Assembly: GCA_944332295.1 (NCBI GenBank)
Contig: CALVJR010000004.1
Location: forward strand, 4,157 to 68,156
DNA from: an uncultured Bacilli bacterium
Lineage (GTDB): Bacteria; Bacillota_I; Bacilli_A; RF39; UBA660
Direction: 5' to 3'
Length of the DNA stretch: 64,000 bases
The notes under the pieces are model-generated. The model was not told where the DNA came from, made no database searches, and worked only from the letters and a program-made list of their open reading frames with translations. The position numbers were made by a program, and so were the translations under genes. Shown here piece after piece: positions 1-9,790 of this stretch; position 1 is the first letter of the stretch, and the number at the start of each line of letters is the position of its first letter.

Positions 1-1
1 A

Positions 2-334
2 AAGATTCCTAGAGTCAAACCCAATGGAGAACCATATTATTATTGTGAGGGTTCTATGCCTTTTCCAGATAATTTGGATGCTCCTGCTAGAACTATGCTT
101 ACTAGTGAAAGTGGTGTTAGTAGAACAACTCACGTAATCGAGGATTTTAAAACAAAAAATCTTCGTTTATTAACTCCAAGAGAATGTGAACGAATTAATG
201 GCTTTCCAGATGATTGGACAAATACAGGTATGAGTGATAAGAAAAGATATTTTATGATGGGAAATGCCCTTGTAGTTGGCGTTATTGAGAGAATTGGAAT
301 AGAAATAGAGAATATTGTTGACAACGAAAATTAA
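2..334 (+). CDS. DNA (cytosine-5)-methyltransferase, C-terminal part (5' end lies upstream of the window)
   Basis: The frame is open from base 2. RLLTPRECERINGFPDDWT and GNALVVGV resemble the conserved C-terminal motifs of C5-MTases. Confidence 0.8.
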   Translation, partial: KIPRVKPNGEPYYYCEGSMPFPDNLDAPARTMLTSESGVSRTTHVIEDFKTKNLRLLTPRECERINGFPDDWTNTGMSDKKRYFMMGNALVVGVIERIGIEIENIVDNEN

Positions 335-380
335 TCTATAATGTATATTTTTGCAATCTATTAATAAAAGAGGTGTCCTT

Positions 381-1265
381 ATGAAATGGATTAAGAATTT
401 AGATATAGATAACACTCAAAAGCATATTATTAAATTGAGCTTTGTATCTTTATTAGTGATAATTGCGGGTATTTTTATTATTAATTTTTTATTTCAACAG
501 CACTGGGGCATTAAATTACTTGAAGCCGAATGGAGTGCTGGAGATGCTTTATCCTTTTTTGGGACTATTTTGACCATTGTAGGAACAGTAATCTCTACTT
601 GTATTGGTGTTAAAATGACAATCAAGGAAGAACGAAAAAAAGATTTAGAAAATGAAAAAAATTATAATAAACGAAATAATTCTTCTTACCTTTTGCTATC
701 TGATTCTATTTTAAAATTAGCTATAGATAAAAAAACTAGTATTTCTAATCTTGGAGAGGATAGAATTATTTTGACTAGTAAAAATTATGATTCTAATTCA
801 TCCTATTTTTTTGAATTAGAAACTTATTTTGATATTTTAAACAATGTTTATCCCATCAAAGCTCTAGTGGAAGAGTTAAGCTTAGACTATCATTGTGATA
901 ACACTCTTAATAAAAACATATTCGTTAAACATATTAAATTCACTAATTCATCTTGTGAACATAAATCTTTAACTATTGTTGATAATAAAAAAGTAGCTTT
1001 ATCTCTTTCATGCCTTTTAAGTTACTCAGAATTACAACAATTGCAGAATCATCTTGCCAATGATAAAAAAATTCAGATTATATTTACTGTTAGTTTTTTG
1101 AATTCTTTTGATGTAACCACAAAATGTCAATATAGAGCGGTTCTAACTTTAGATAATTCTTCTAAACAAGGAGTCTCAGAAATCAAAGGTTCTAACGCTT
1201 TAATATTCCAATATAAGGTAGAACATAGATTTTGTGATTTAATTAATATTGATACTTTATCATAA
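381..1265 (+). CDS. hypothetical membrane protein (two N-terminal TM helices)
   Basis: The ORF track starts at 351, but ATG 381 follows the RBS AGAGGTG. Hydrophobic stretches LVIIAGIFIINFLF and FFGTILTIVGTVISTCIGV are present. No recognisable domain. Confidence 0.55.
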   Translation: MKWIKNLDIDNTQKHIIKLSFVSLLVIIAGIFIINFLFQQHWGIKLLEAEWSAGDALSFFGTILTIVGTVISTCIGVKMTIKEERKKDLENEKNYNKRNNSSYLLLSDSILKLAIDKKTSISNLGEDRIILTSKNYDSNSSYFFELETYFDILNNVYPIKALVEELSLDYHCDNTLNKNIFVKHIKFTNSSCEHKSLTIVDNKKVALSLSCLLSYSELQQLQNHLANDKKIQIIFTVSFLNSFDVTTKCQYRAVLTLDNSSKQGVSEIKGSNALIFQYKVEHRFCDLINIDTLS

Positions 1266-1267
1266 TC

Positions 1268-1310
1268 AAAGAATCGCTTTCCCCACACCCCTGCGATTCT
1301 TTTGTTTTGA
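1268..1310 (+). terminator. rho-independent terminator
   Basis: Stem AAAGAATCGC / GCGATTCTTT followed by a T-rich run, directly after the stop at 1265. Confidence 0.6.
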
Positions 1311-1677
1311 TTTTTCTTTCTATTTATATACTTTTAGAAAAAGTAGAATCTAAAAAGTCTTATTTATCTTAAGCGAATCCCGAAATTTTTTGATGACTTT
1401 TTCGTACTCCAAATTCATCAAAAAAGTTTTAATTTTACTGGTGTAAAGATAATTTTCTTCGTATAATAAAGATGAGTAATTTATATAACAGATCGTGAAC
1501 TACCATGGAAAGCTTATTAGAAACGGGACTGTGGTAATTAGGACTTCGTCTCCAAAACCACTGTTGGGAGTTCGATTCCGATTAATTAATACTACAACTT
1601 TTTATTTCTGCATAATCGAAAGTATGAGTTTAAAATATAAGTACTAAATCATTATAAAAGCAATTTGGAGGTTTCTT

Positions 1678-2004
1678 ATGGAAAAATTATATGACAAGCT
1701 TGTACGGGATAATATTCCTAATATTATTAAGAATAATGGAGGAGAACCTATATATCGTGAATTGGAACAAGACGAGTATTGGGACTATCTACTAAAAAAA
1801 GATGAAGAAGAGTTATTAGAAGTAAAGGAAGCTAAATCTCTTTCTGATCGTAAAATGGAATTAGCAGATAAATTAGAAATTATTAGAGCAATGGCAGAAT
1901 TTTCTGGATTTTCTTTGCAAGATATTATTGAAGAGTCTGATAGAAAAAAAGAAAAAAATGGAGGTTTTCAAAAAAGATTATTATTAGAAAAAGTAATTGA
2001 GTAA
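1678..2004 (+). CDS. MazG-like / phosphoribosyl-ATP pyrophosphohydrolase-like NTP pyrophosphohydrolase
   Basis: The N-terminus KLVRDNIPNII, the acidic helices and the C-terminal GGFQKRLLLE are typical of small all-alpha NTP-PPase house-cleaning proteins. RBS GGAGG lies upstream. Confidence 0.65.
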   Translation: MEKLYDKLVRDNIPNIIKNNGGEPIYRELEQDEYWDYLLKKDEEELLEVKEAKSLSDRKMELADKLEIIRAMAEFSGFSLQDIIEESDRKKEKNGGFQKRLLLEKVIE

Positions 2005-2143
2005 TCATAGTTTTTTCTATATTAACTCAAACGGGTACATCATTTACTATGAATGCTGTGATATTCTTTTTTATAAAATTTTCTATAATGCTTAGTGTTT
2101 TTTTACTGTTCTTTGATTTATCTATAGCTAAAAGAGGTGTAAA

Positions 2144-2884
2144 ATGATTAAAATTATTGATAATGTGACCATTAATATAAGTTTTGTAGAAGAAAAAGTT
2201 ATACTGCCTAAAGAGATAGAGAGTAACATTGATACCTTTTGGCAACAACAGAAATTAGAAAACCCTAAATTATGGAATGGAGCGTTGTTATGTGTCGATG
2301 ATTTTTATATGTATAATGATTTAATCACACTTACTTGTAAGCGAACAAGTTATTCACATCATTTATATGATGAAAGGGTAGGATTACCTGATAAATATAC
2401 TTGTCGCAATTTAGTAGTTGGATGTTTATTAGAAACAAGTGACAATTTCTACGTTGTTGGTGAAATGTCAGAGTTTTCTTCTTTTCCCTGTGGATTGCAA
2501 ATAATAGGAGGCAATGTTGATGATAATGATATCAATAATGGGAAAATAAACATATTTAATGCAATTCAAAGAGAATGTCGAGAAGAAGTAAATATTGATT
2601 TATTTGATACTAGCCAAGTAGACTCCTTTAAATTTCGTTATATTATTTTGACAGAACAGTCACATGCCTATTTTTTTGTTGCGAAAGCAAAATTAGCAAT
2701 GAATATGGAGCAATTTAAGGAACATTTCCAGTCTTATTTAGATTATTTAAGGAAAAATAATTTAGAAATGGAATTTAGAAAAATTCATTTTATTCCTAAA
2801 AAAGAAGCAATTACTATATTATGTCAAATGGAAAATCCTAAGCGAACATATTTAACGGAGTTACTAGAAACTGATAATAAATAA
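2144..2884 (+). CDS. Nudix-like hydrolase (degenerate Nudix box)
   Basis: GGNVDDND...IQRECREEVNI matches the RE-x2-EE-x-x-I part of the Nudix box. The upstream conserved Glu is not evident. Confidence 0.45.
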   Translation: MIKIIDNVTINISFVEEKVILPKEIESNIDTFWQQQKLENPKLWNGALLCVDDFYMYNDLITLTCKRTSYSHHLYDERVGLPDKYTCRNLVVGCLLETSDNFYVVGEMSEFSSFPCGLQIIGGNVDDNDINNGKINIFNAIQRECREEVNIDLFDTSQVDSFKFRYIILTEQSHAYFFVAKAKLAMNMEQFKEHFQSYLDYLRKNNLEMEFRKIHFIPKKEAITILCQMENPKRTYLTELLETDNK

Positions 2885-2993
2885 TTGACCTTTTTGTATC
2901 AGGACTAGTAATTAGACACTCCTTAACACTATTTTTTCATCTTTTTTGGTTCTATTTTTTATTTTAGCCTTACAATAAATGTGGAGGTATGAT

Positions 2994-3959
2994 ATGGAAG
3001 CAAAAGATATAAGAAAAGTAGCTTGTGTAGGAGCAGGTGTTATTGGTTATAGCTGGGCTTTGTATTATTCTTTAAAGGAGTTATCTGTTACCGTTTATGA
3101 TTTAACAGATGAGAAGCTTCAACTTGCTAAGAAAAGAATTCATGAAAGTTTAGCTAACTTAAAACAAAATGATGTAGTTAACGAAAATGAAATCGATGAA
3201 ATTGAAAGTCGAATTAGTTATACTACTTCTATGGAAGAGGCTGTAAAAGATGTTCAGTTTATTACTGAGTCTGGTCCTGAGAATTATGAAGTAAAACAAA
3301 AAATGGCAGAAGAGATGGAAAAATATACATCTAGTGATACTATTATTGCCTCTTCTACTTCAGGATTACTAGTTACAGAAATTGCTAAGAACGCAAAACA
3401 TCCAGAAAGGTTTATTGGTGCACATCCTTATAATCCACCACATTTAATTCCATTAGTAGAACTTACAAGAGGAGAAAAGACAGATGACCATGTTTTAGAA
3501 GTTGTGAGGGAATTTTATCAAATGATTGATAAGGAGCCTGTGGTATTACAAAAAGAAGCACTAGGATTTATCTGTAATCGTATTCAAATGGCTGTATATA
3601 GAGAAGTATGTAATCTAGTAATGAAAGGTGTTTGTACTATAGAAGATGCAGATAAGGCCGTTACTTACGGGCCTGGTTTACGCTGGGCTATCATGGGGCC
3701 TAGTTTAGTTTTTGAACTAGGTGGTGGTGAAGGCCATATTGACGGGCTTATGAAACATTTAAATCCATCTATTAGTTTATGGCTTCATGACATGGCAGAT
3801 TTCAAAGATTTTCCGGAAGAATTTCCAGAAATTGCCAGAAAGGGAGTCGAAGAAGCTTTAAAAAATAGACCTAAAGAAATTGGAAATGCCGATCAAAGCC
3901 TTGCGGAGTATCGTGACAAAATGCTTATCTCATTATTAAAATTACATAATAAACTATAA
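2994..3959 (+). CDS. 3-hydroxyacyl-CoA dehydrogenase family protein (L-carnitine/L-gulonate dehydrogenase-like)
   Basis: Rossmann motif VACVGAGVIGYSWA and HPYNPPHLIPLVE. ATG 2994 is preferred over 2979 because of GGAGG six nt upstream. Confidence 0.75.
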   Translation: MEAKDIRKVACVGAGVIGYSWALYYSLKELSVTVYDLTDEKLQLAKKRIHESLANLKQNDVVNENEIDEIESRISYTTSMEEAVKDVQFITESGPENYEVKQKMAEEMEKYTSSDTIIASSTSGLLVTEIAKNAKHPERFIGAHPYNPPHLIPLVELTRGEKTDDHVLEVVREFYQMIDKEPVVLQKEALGFICNRIQMAVYREVCNLVMKGVCTIEDADKAVTYGPGLRWAIMGPSLVFELGGGEGHIDGLMKHLNPSISLWLHDMADFKDFPEEFPEIARKGVEEALKNRPKEIGNADQSLAEYRDKMLISLLKLHNKL

Positions 3960-3963
3960 AATT

Positions 3964-4011
3964 AAAACTACTAAAGATTGCATTTGCTACCTTTCTTTAG
4001 TAGTTTTTTTT
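3964..4011. terminator. bidirectional terminator between convergent genes
   Basis: AAAACTACTAAAG ... CTTTAGTAGTTTT stem flanked by A-run and T-run. Confidence 0.6.
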
Positions 4012-7000
4012 ATTCATTATTAAATTTTAGTAATTCTCTTATGTCGTCCACAGATAAATTTTGGAAGCTTTGATATTCATCACCATCATTTTCAATTAAT
4101 TTATCACTCAGTATTTTTTTCTTTTCTTGTAAATCTAATATTTTTTCTTCTATTGTTCCTTTTGTAATTAATTTAATTACTTCTACAGTGTTTTTTTGTC
4201 CAATTCTATGTGCTCTATCAGTAGCTTGATTTTCTGCTTGTGGATTCCACCATAAGTCTAGATGAATTACGATATCTGCACTTGTAAGATTTAATCCTGT
4301 TCCGCCACTTTTTAACATAATTAAGAACACATTGGTATCATCCATGTTAAACTTATCTACTAATTCTTGGCGCTTTTTGCTACTAACAGAACCATCTATT
4401 ACATAGCTTGTTATGCCTTCTATATCTAGCTCATTTTTAACAATATTTAATGCTGTCTTAAAACTTGTAAACAATAATATTTTATGTCCATTACTTATTG
4501 CTTCACTAACTACATCTATTAAGTGATTTATTTTTGATGAAGTTTTTGTAAAATTATCAAATATAATTTTGGGATCAATGCATACTTGTCTAAGTCTGGT
4601 TAAAAGTGTTAAAATCTGCATTTTATTTTTGGTAAATCCTGCTTTTATTAGTTCTTCCATTTCTTTTTTTGTCTGTTCAACTAATGCAGCATATATTTTC
4701 TTTTCTTCCTCACTCAAATCTATATAAATATTATTTTCAATTTTATCTGGTAAATCTTTTAATACTTCATTTTTCTTTCGTCTTAAAATAAATGGAGCCA
4801 CCTGATTTCTTAATTTACTAAGAACTAAATTTGTAATATCATCAAACTCTTCTCCGATTTTATACTTTTCCTTAAATTTTGATTTATTAGAAAGAAATCC
4901 TGGCATAATATAGTCGAATATGCTCCATAATTCTAAAATAGAGTTTTCAATTGGTGTTCCTGTTAGGGCAAGTTTTACTTCGCTATTAATACTTTTTACT
5001 GCTTTTGTTAACATGGCTGTTGGATTTTTTATATTTTGTGCTTCATCTATAATCATAACTTTAAAATTCATTTCTTTATAGATATCTAAATCTTCTCTTA
5101 ATAGCCCGTAACTTGTGATATATACATTGCCCTCATACCCAGATAATTGTTTATGACGTTCTTTCTTTAATCCCGTAAATATTCTTCTTTTAATATTATC
5201 ACTAAATTTTTTAAATTCGTTATCCCAATTATACACTAGTGCTGTTGGTGTTACTATTAATATTTTAGCTTTCTCGTCTTTTACTTCTTCTAATACCTTT
5301 TTAACAAATATAATTGTTTGTAGACTTTTACCAAGGCCCATTTCATCAGCTAGTATTCCTCCAAGATTACATTTATAAAGATTATATAGCCATTTTACTC
5401 CTTCTTTTTGATAAGGTCTTAATAATTTTTCTTCTTCTTTAGAGAAAACTACTGGAGCATTTTTATACTCCTTAAAATTCTTAATAAATGAATCAAATAA
5501 AGTATTAGTTCTAATGAATCTATTTTTATTTCTTAAACTGTCTAGATAAAGTGCTCTGAATTTAGGAATTTCACCACTATTTTCTTCTAGCTCTAAATCT
5601 TCTTTTAACTCTTCTAATTCTTTTACCGATGGATCAAGTAAGTCTAAGATATCTCCACTTTTTAATCTGTAATATTTTTTCTTACTCTTTAGGCTTAGAA
5701 AAATATCTTCTAACTCATCAGTATTAACATTATCTAATTTAAATTCATAATTTATGATATTATCTTTTCCTATACTAAAACTAGTAGTACCTTGAATTTT
5801 TCGAATTAGATTCGTATTTTTTAATTTTTCACTAGTCAACACTTCATATTCTTTGGCAAGTTCTTCTAATCCATTTTCCATGAAATCAACTATTTCATCT
5901 ATATCATAAAGCATTAGATTCTCATCAAAACCATATTTTTGGATTTCTAGAAAAACACTTCTTTCTAACTGTCTATCTCTTACTAGTTGTTTATCATCTT
6001 TATCAAAATAATTAATTTCTATATCTTCATAATTAAAAATAATTTTACACTCTATATATTCTTCCAATATATCAAAATATAGTTTTACATTAGGCGTTTT
6101 TACAATCACTAAGTCATCTACAGTATCATCTAATATTACTTTATCTTTAATGCTGGGAATTAGATAATCTTTAAATTCTGAGAAGCTATCAGAAGAAAAT
6201 GTCAAACTATTTAAATTTTCGTCTAAAATCTTACTAGCAATAATTTTTTCCACTTCATTTAATTGATAAATTCCTTTATTATCTATTAAATAACTATAAT
6301 CATCAGACAGTGACTGTAATGTTGTTAAATCATAGTCTATATTTAATATGTGGATATCATCCTCTTTTGTTATCTTATAATTAAATGGTAGGCCCTTGAT
6401 GACGGATAGTTCCTTATTTATATAAGGTGATTCTACATATATACTATCAACAATTGAAAATAAGCTATCTAATTTATTTTTGTTTAATGTTATAGAAGAG
6501 TCATATCGATAGGATTTATAATAGCACATTTCTATAAAGTTCAATAGTTTTTTAGAAGTTTCATTGAAATAATAATCTTGATTATTGTAGATAAAATCTT
6601 TTCCAAATTTTACTGAACGATTATTATGGTAACTTTCAATAAAGCTATTTACTTTATTTCCTAATACATAAAGTTTTTTATCTCCTACCTTGAATCTTAA
6701 ATCATATTCTTCTGTTTCTTCATAATCATAATAGTTCATATATTTTTCTAGTTTTAAATAAGGAACTATTTTAGCTTCTTTTTTTATGATGTTTTTCTTT
6801 AAAGATGCTTGTTTTATTTCATTTAAAAATTCTATTACTTTTCTTTGGCTTTGCTCTTTTTTATCGATTAGAAAAAGATCATTTTGAAATTTAATTAAAA
6901 CTGCTGCAACGTGTTTACAAGAATCTGTTAATAAGAATTGAGGACATGTGCAACTTGTATTTATTATTTCATCTTCTTCATCTATATCAATTCTTACTAC

Positions 7001-7156
7001 ATATGACCTTGTAGTATGCTCAGAAGATACTATAAATCTATGATTTTTTCCGTTTAATAATCCGGCAGTTCCTACATACTTTACTTTTCTATTATCATAA
7101 TCCATTCCTTTTCTTAGATCACTTATTTTAACGTATTTTTCTAGCTCATCAATCAT
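4010..7156 (-). CDS. SNF2-family helicase with N-terminal SWIM zinc finger
   Basis: SWIM CTCPQFLLTDSCKH. SNF2 motifs ILADEMGLGKSLQ and DEAQNIKN. Helicase-C motifs LKSGGTGLNLT and QATDRAHRIGQ. Confidence 0.85.
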   Translation of the reverse strand: MIDELEKYVKISDLRKGMDYDNRKVKYVGTAGLLNGKNHRFIVSSEHTTRSYVVRIDIDEEDEIINTSCTCPQFLLTDSCKHVAAVLIKFQNDLFLIDKKEQSQRKVIEFLNEIKQASLKKNIIKKEAKIVPYLKLEKYMNYYDYEETEEYDLRFKVGDKKLYVLGNKVNSFIESYHNNRSVKFGKDFIYNNQDYYFNETSKKLLNFIEMCYYKSYRYDSSITLNKNKLDSLFSIVDSIYVESPYINKELSVIKGLPFNYKITKEDDIHILNIDYDLTTLQSLSDDYSYLIDNKGIYQLNEVEKIIASKILDENLNSLTFSSDSFSEFKDYLIPSIKDKVILDDTVDDLVIVKTPNVKLYFDILEEYIECKIIFNYEDIEINYFDKDDKQLVRDRQLERSVFLEIQKYGFDENLMLYDIDEIVDFMENGLEELAKEYEVLTSEKLKNTNLIRKIQGTTSFSIGKDNIINYEFKLDNVNTDELEDIFLSLKSKKKYYRLKSGDILDLLDPSVKELEELKEDLELEENSGEIPKFRALYLDSLRNKNRFIRTNTLFDSFIKNFKEYKNAPVVFSKEEEKLLRPYQKEGVKWLYNLYKCNLGGILADEMGLGKSLQTIIFVKKVLEEVKDEKAKILIVTPTALVYNWDNEFKKFSDNIKRRIFTGLKKERHKQLSGYEGNVYITSYGLLREDLDIYKEMNFKVMIIDEAQNIKNPTAMLTKAVKSINSEVKLALTGTPIENSILELWSIFDYIMPGFLSNKSKFKEKYKIGEEFDDITNLVLSKLRNQVAPFILRRKKNEVLKDLPDKIENNIYIDLSEEEKKIYAALVEQTKKEMEELIKAGFTKNKMQILTLLTRLRQVCIDPKIIFDNFTKTSSKINHLIDVVSEAISNGHKILLFTSFKTALNIVKNELDIEGITSYVIDGSVSSKKRQELVDKFNMDDTNVFLIMLKSGGTGLNLTSADIVIHLDLWWNPQAENQATDRAHRIGQKNTVEVIKLITKGTIEEKILDLQEKKKILSDKLIENDGDEYQSFQNLSVDDIRELLKFNNE

Positions 7157-7225
7157 ACCATCACTTCCGTGCTTTATAGTATATCATAAAAATCATATAA
7201 AGTATATTTTTACTTATTTTTTAAA

Positions 7226-7720
7226 CTATTTTGAGAGATGGTTTATTTGATTTTCTTTTACATAAAAGGGATTTTTTCTTGAGAATACTAAAGTACGATT
7301 ATCTCCAGTTTCTCTTAATTCTTGTTCTAGACTAGAGTTTTCTATAAATCCACAGTTACTGGCTAAGTTGATTGATGAGATGTTTTCTTTATCAATTGAT
7401 AAATGCACGTATTCACAGTCAGGACTAGCTGTAAAGATATTATTTGTTAGGGTATTTACTACATAACTTGCCATACCTTTTTTTCGATATTTAGGAACTA
7501 GTGCTATATATATTTCTTTATCATTTTTTTCCTCATCTGGCGTTATTGTCTTATAAAATCCTGCAAAATCATCCTTATAAAATATTAATGAAGAATCCCA
7601 TTTTGAAAAACTAACATATTCTGTAATTGATTTATCTTTTAAATATGTATCAAAATACTTTTCGTATGAAGGACGAAAAGATTCAAACTTTACTTTATCC
7701 CATTCCATATTAAACTCCAC
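7226..7720 (-). CDS. GNAT family N-acetyltransferase
   Basis: Size and the acetyl-CoA loop-like YRKKGMASYVV. Confidence 0.65.
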   Translation of the reverse strand: MEFNMEWDKVKFESFRPSYEKYFDTYLKDKSITEYVSFSKWDSSLIFYKDDFAGFYKTITPDEEKNDKEIYIALVPKYRKKGMASYVVNTLTNNIFTASPDCEYVHLSIDKENISSINLASNCGFIENSSLEQELRETGDNRTLVFSRKNPFYVKENQINHLSK

Positions 7721-7878
7721 CTTTTATTTAACTATATCACTGTTTTTACATAAATTGATGATATTTTTATTCACTTTACAGTCACTTATTCATTTTATCT
7801 TTAATAATCATTAAAATCTTTCCTATTTTATTGACTACAGCGTATTCTTATAGTAATATTCAAGTTGGAGTGATTTTC

Positions 7879-8421
7879 GTGACTAAGACACAAAGTAAGA
7901 TTCAGCTTTTTTTAAGTACTGATACTGAATATTATGAAATTGTAAAACCAATATTAGAACATCCAGAAATTCTTAAAAGAAAAACGTTTGTACACCATGA
8001 AAGTTGTAGTGTTTATGAACATTGTTTAATTGTTTCTATCATCTCTTATCTCTGGGCAAAGAGATTAAACTGGGATTATCGAAGTGCTGCGATAGGTGGA
8101 TTATTACATGACTTTTATGATGAACCATGGCAAACTGCTGACCATAAGGCTATCTCTGGAAAAAAGAAATTGAGAGAAAAGCACGGTTTTGTTCATGCTA
8201 GACAAGCAGCAAAAAATGCAGCTTATTACTTTCCTGAGCTTGTTACAGAAAAAGTGGATAACATTATTAGAAGACATATGTTTCCTTTAAATATTGTTCC
8301 TCCTAAATATAGAGAGGCTTGGCTTGTTACTATGGCAGATAAATATACTTCTTTAGATGTTTTTAAATCTCCTAAAGAATGGCCCAAATATTTAGGATTA
8401 TCAAGGAATAGGCAAAGTTAA
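7879..8421 (+). CDS. HD-domain phosphohydrolase
   Basis: H...HD signature (VYEHCL ... GGLLHDFYD). GTG 7879 with GGAG eight nt upstream is preferred over the TTG at 7831. Confidence 0.65.
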   Translation: MTKTQSKIQLFLSTDTEYYEIVKPILEHPEILKRKTFVHHESCSVYEHCLIVSIISYLWAKRLNWDYRSAAIGGLLHDFYDEPWQTADHKAISGKKKLREKHGFVHARQAAKNAAYYFPELVTEKVDNIIRRHMFPLNIVPPKYREAWLVTMADKYTSLDVFKSPKEWPKYLGLSRNRQS

Positions 8422-8462
8422 TACCAAAAAATAAGTTCTTGTGTTAGAACTTATTTTTATAT

Positions 8463-9515
8463 TTATAGTACTTTACATACCTTTTCTTGAATTTGATCTA
8501 ATCCTGTTTTTTCTGTTTCTACGATTGATACTACTTCTGTATTTTCAAAAATATTGCTCATATCTTCAGATAAATCTTCTTGATTACTAGAAAAAGTAAA
8601 TTCATAATATTTTCCTTCTTCTATATTGTTATTTATTTCTCTTGGTATCGTTACTGTTTCTGCTCCTGCTTTTTGAAATTCAGTTAATGTTACATGTAAA
8701 TATCCCTCATCATTACTTTCTATTATTTTTTCAACTCGATATGTTTTAGTAAACTGACAACTATCTTCTATTATTATAGAACTTATAAAATCATATATTT
8801 CGTCTTCTGTAAAATTATTAAAGCTTATGATATATTTTTTGTCATTTATTAGTAAGGTTACTTCTTGTACCGTATCATTTACATTTAAAATATACCCTGG
8901 ATAGTCGCCAGTTATTTCTGTTATGCTTTTTATTTTAGGTATGGTAATCGTTGTTAGGTAGTGTAATTCATATCTTCCTTTTATATCATTAATATTATCA
9001 AATAAAGATACTTTTTTCGCATAATCTCTTCCCAAAAAATCTAATAATTCTAGGTCATTTGTTATGTTGTTTTTTTCTAGATATGCTTTTCTTTTTTCGG
9101 CACTTTCTATATCTTTAGGAAGTTCTTCATCAGAGTCCATAGAGCCATAAATTGTTATTTGATCATTTGTAAACATTGATACAAAAGTCTCCATAGTACT
9201 AATACTAATCCATTTCTTTTCCGCTTCATTTTTATATTGCATGATAGGATAGGTACTATCTATTTCTTCTTTTGTATATCCTTCAACAATATTTTTAAAT
9301 TTAATATTTTGAAAATTTGTATATTCTTCTTCTGATAATTGTTGATTATTTATTGTTACAGTTTCTTTATTGTTAAAACTTTCTATTATTTCTTGGTAAG
9401 TATTTCCAAGATTTGCGACATTATATTTATTTAAAATATATGTTTTATAGCCAATATAACCTGCTACTATTAAAATTATTACTATACCTACTATTATCAC
9501 TACTTTTTTTATCAT
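8463..9515 (-). CDS. membrane-anchored hypothetical protein
   Basis: Single N-terminal TM (VVIIVGIVIILIVAGYIGY), long extracytoplasmic part, no motif recognised. Confidence 0.5.
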   Translation of the reverse strand: MIKKVVIIVGIVIILIVAGYIGYKTYILNKYNVANLGNTYQEIIESFNNKETVTINNQQLSEEEYTNFQNIKFKNIVEGYTKEEIDSTYPIMQYKNEAEKKWISISTMETFVSMFTNDQITIYGSMDSDEELPKDIESAEKRKAYLEKNNITNDLELLDFLGRDYAKKVSLFDNINDIKGRYELHYLTTITIPKIKSITEITGDYPGYILNVNDTVQEVTLLINDKKYIISFNNFTEDEIYDFISSIIIEDSCQFTKTYRVEKIIESNDEGYLHVTLTEFQKAGAETVTIPREINNNIEEGKYYEFTFSSNQEDLSEDMSNIFENTEVVSIVETEKTGLDQIQEKVCKVL

Positions 9516-9753
9516 ATTATTCTCACCCTACTCAAACTCTATCTTTTCTATATTGTAACATGGATATTATTTAAAGCAATACATTTTGATAACTATATTT
9601 ATCTCGTTATTGAATAGATTGGATTATGATTTTGATTTTACCAAATTCATTTCTTTATATATCTATTTTTAACTTAATATATATTGATACTGTAATTTCT
9701 TTTATTTCCATTTAAATTACTGTTAATGTATATATAAAGCAATTTTTATAAGA

Positions 9754-9778
9754 AAAATCCACAGATATTGTGGATTTT
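9754..9778 (-). terminator. rho-independent terminator (ATCCACA/TGTGGAT stem)
   Basis: AAAATCCACAGATATTGTGGATTTT immediately downstream of the SDR gene. Confidence 0.6.
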
Positions 9779-9790
9779 CAGTATATTAAA

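Noticed and set aside
130-415. Minus-strand ORFs 130..324 and 170..415.
   Set aside because: They are antisense to the C5-MTase C-terminus, which has clear family motifs.
2027-2248. 73-aa minus-strand ORF overlapping the start of the Nudix-like gene.
   Set aside because: Shadow frame, no RBS. It overlaps a better-supported gene and its promoter region.
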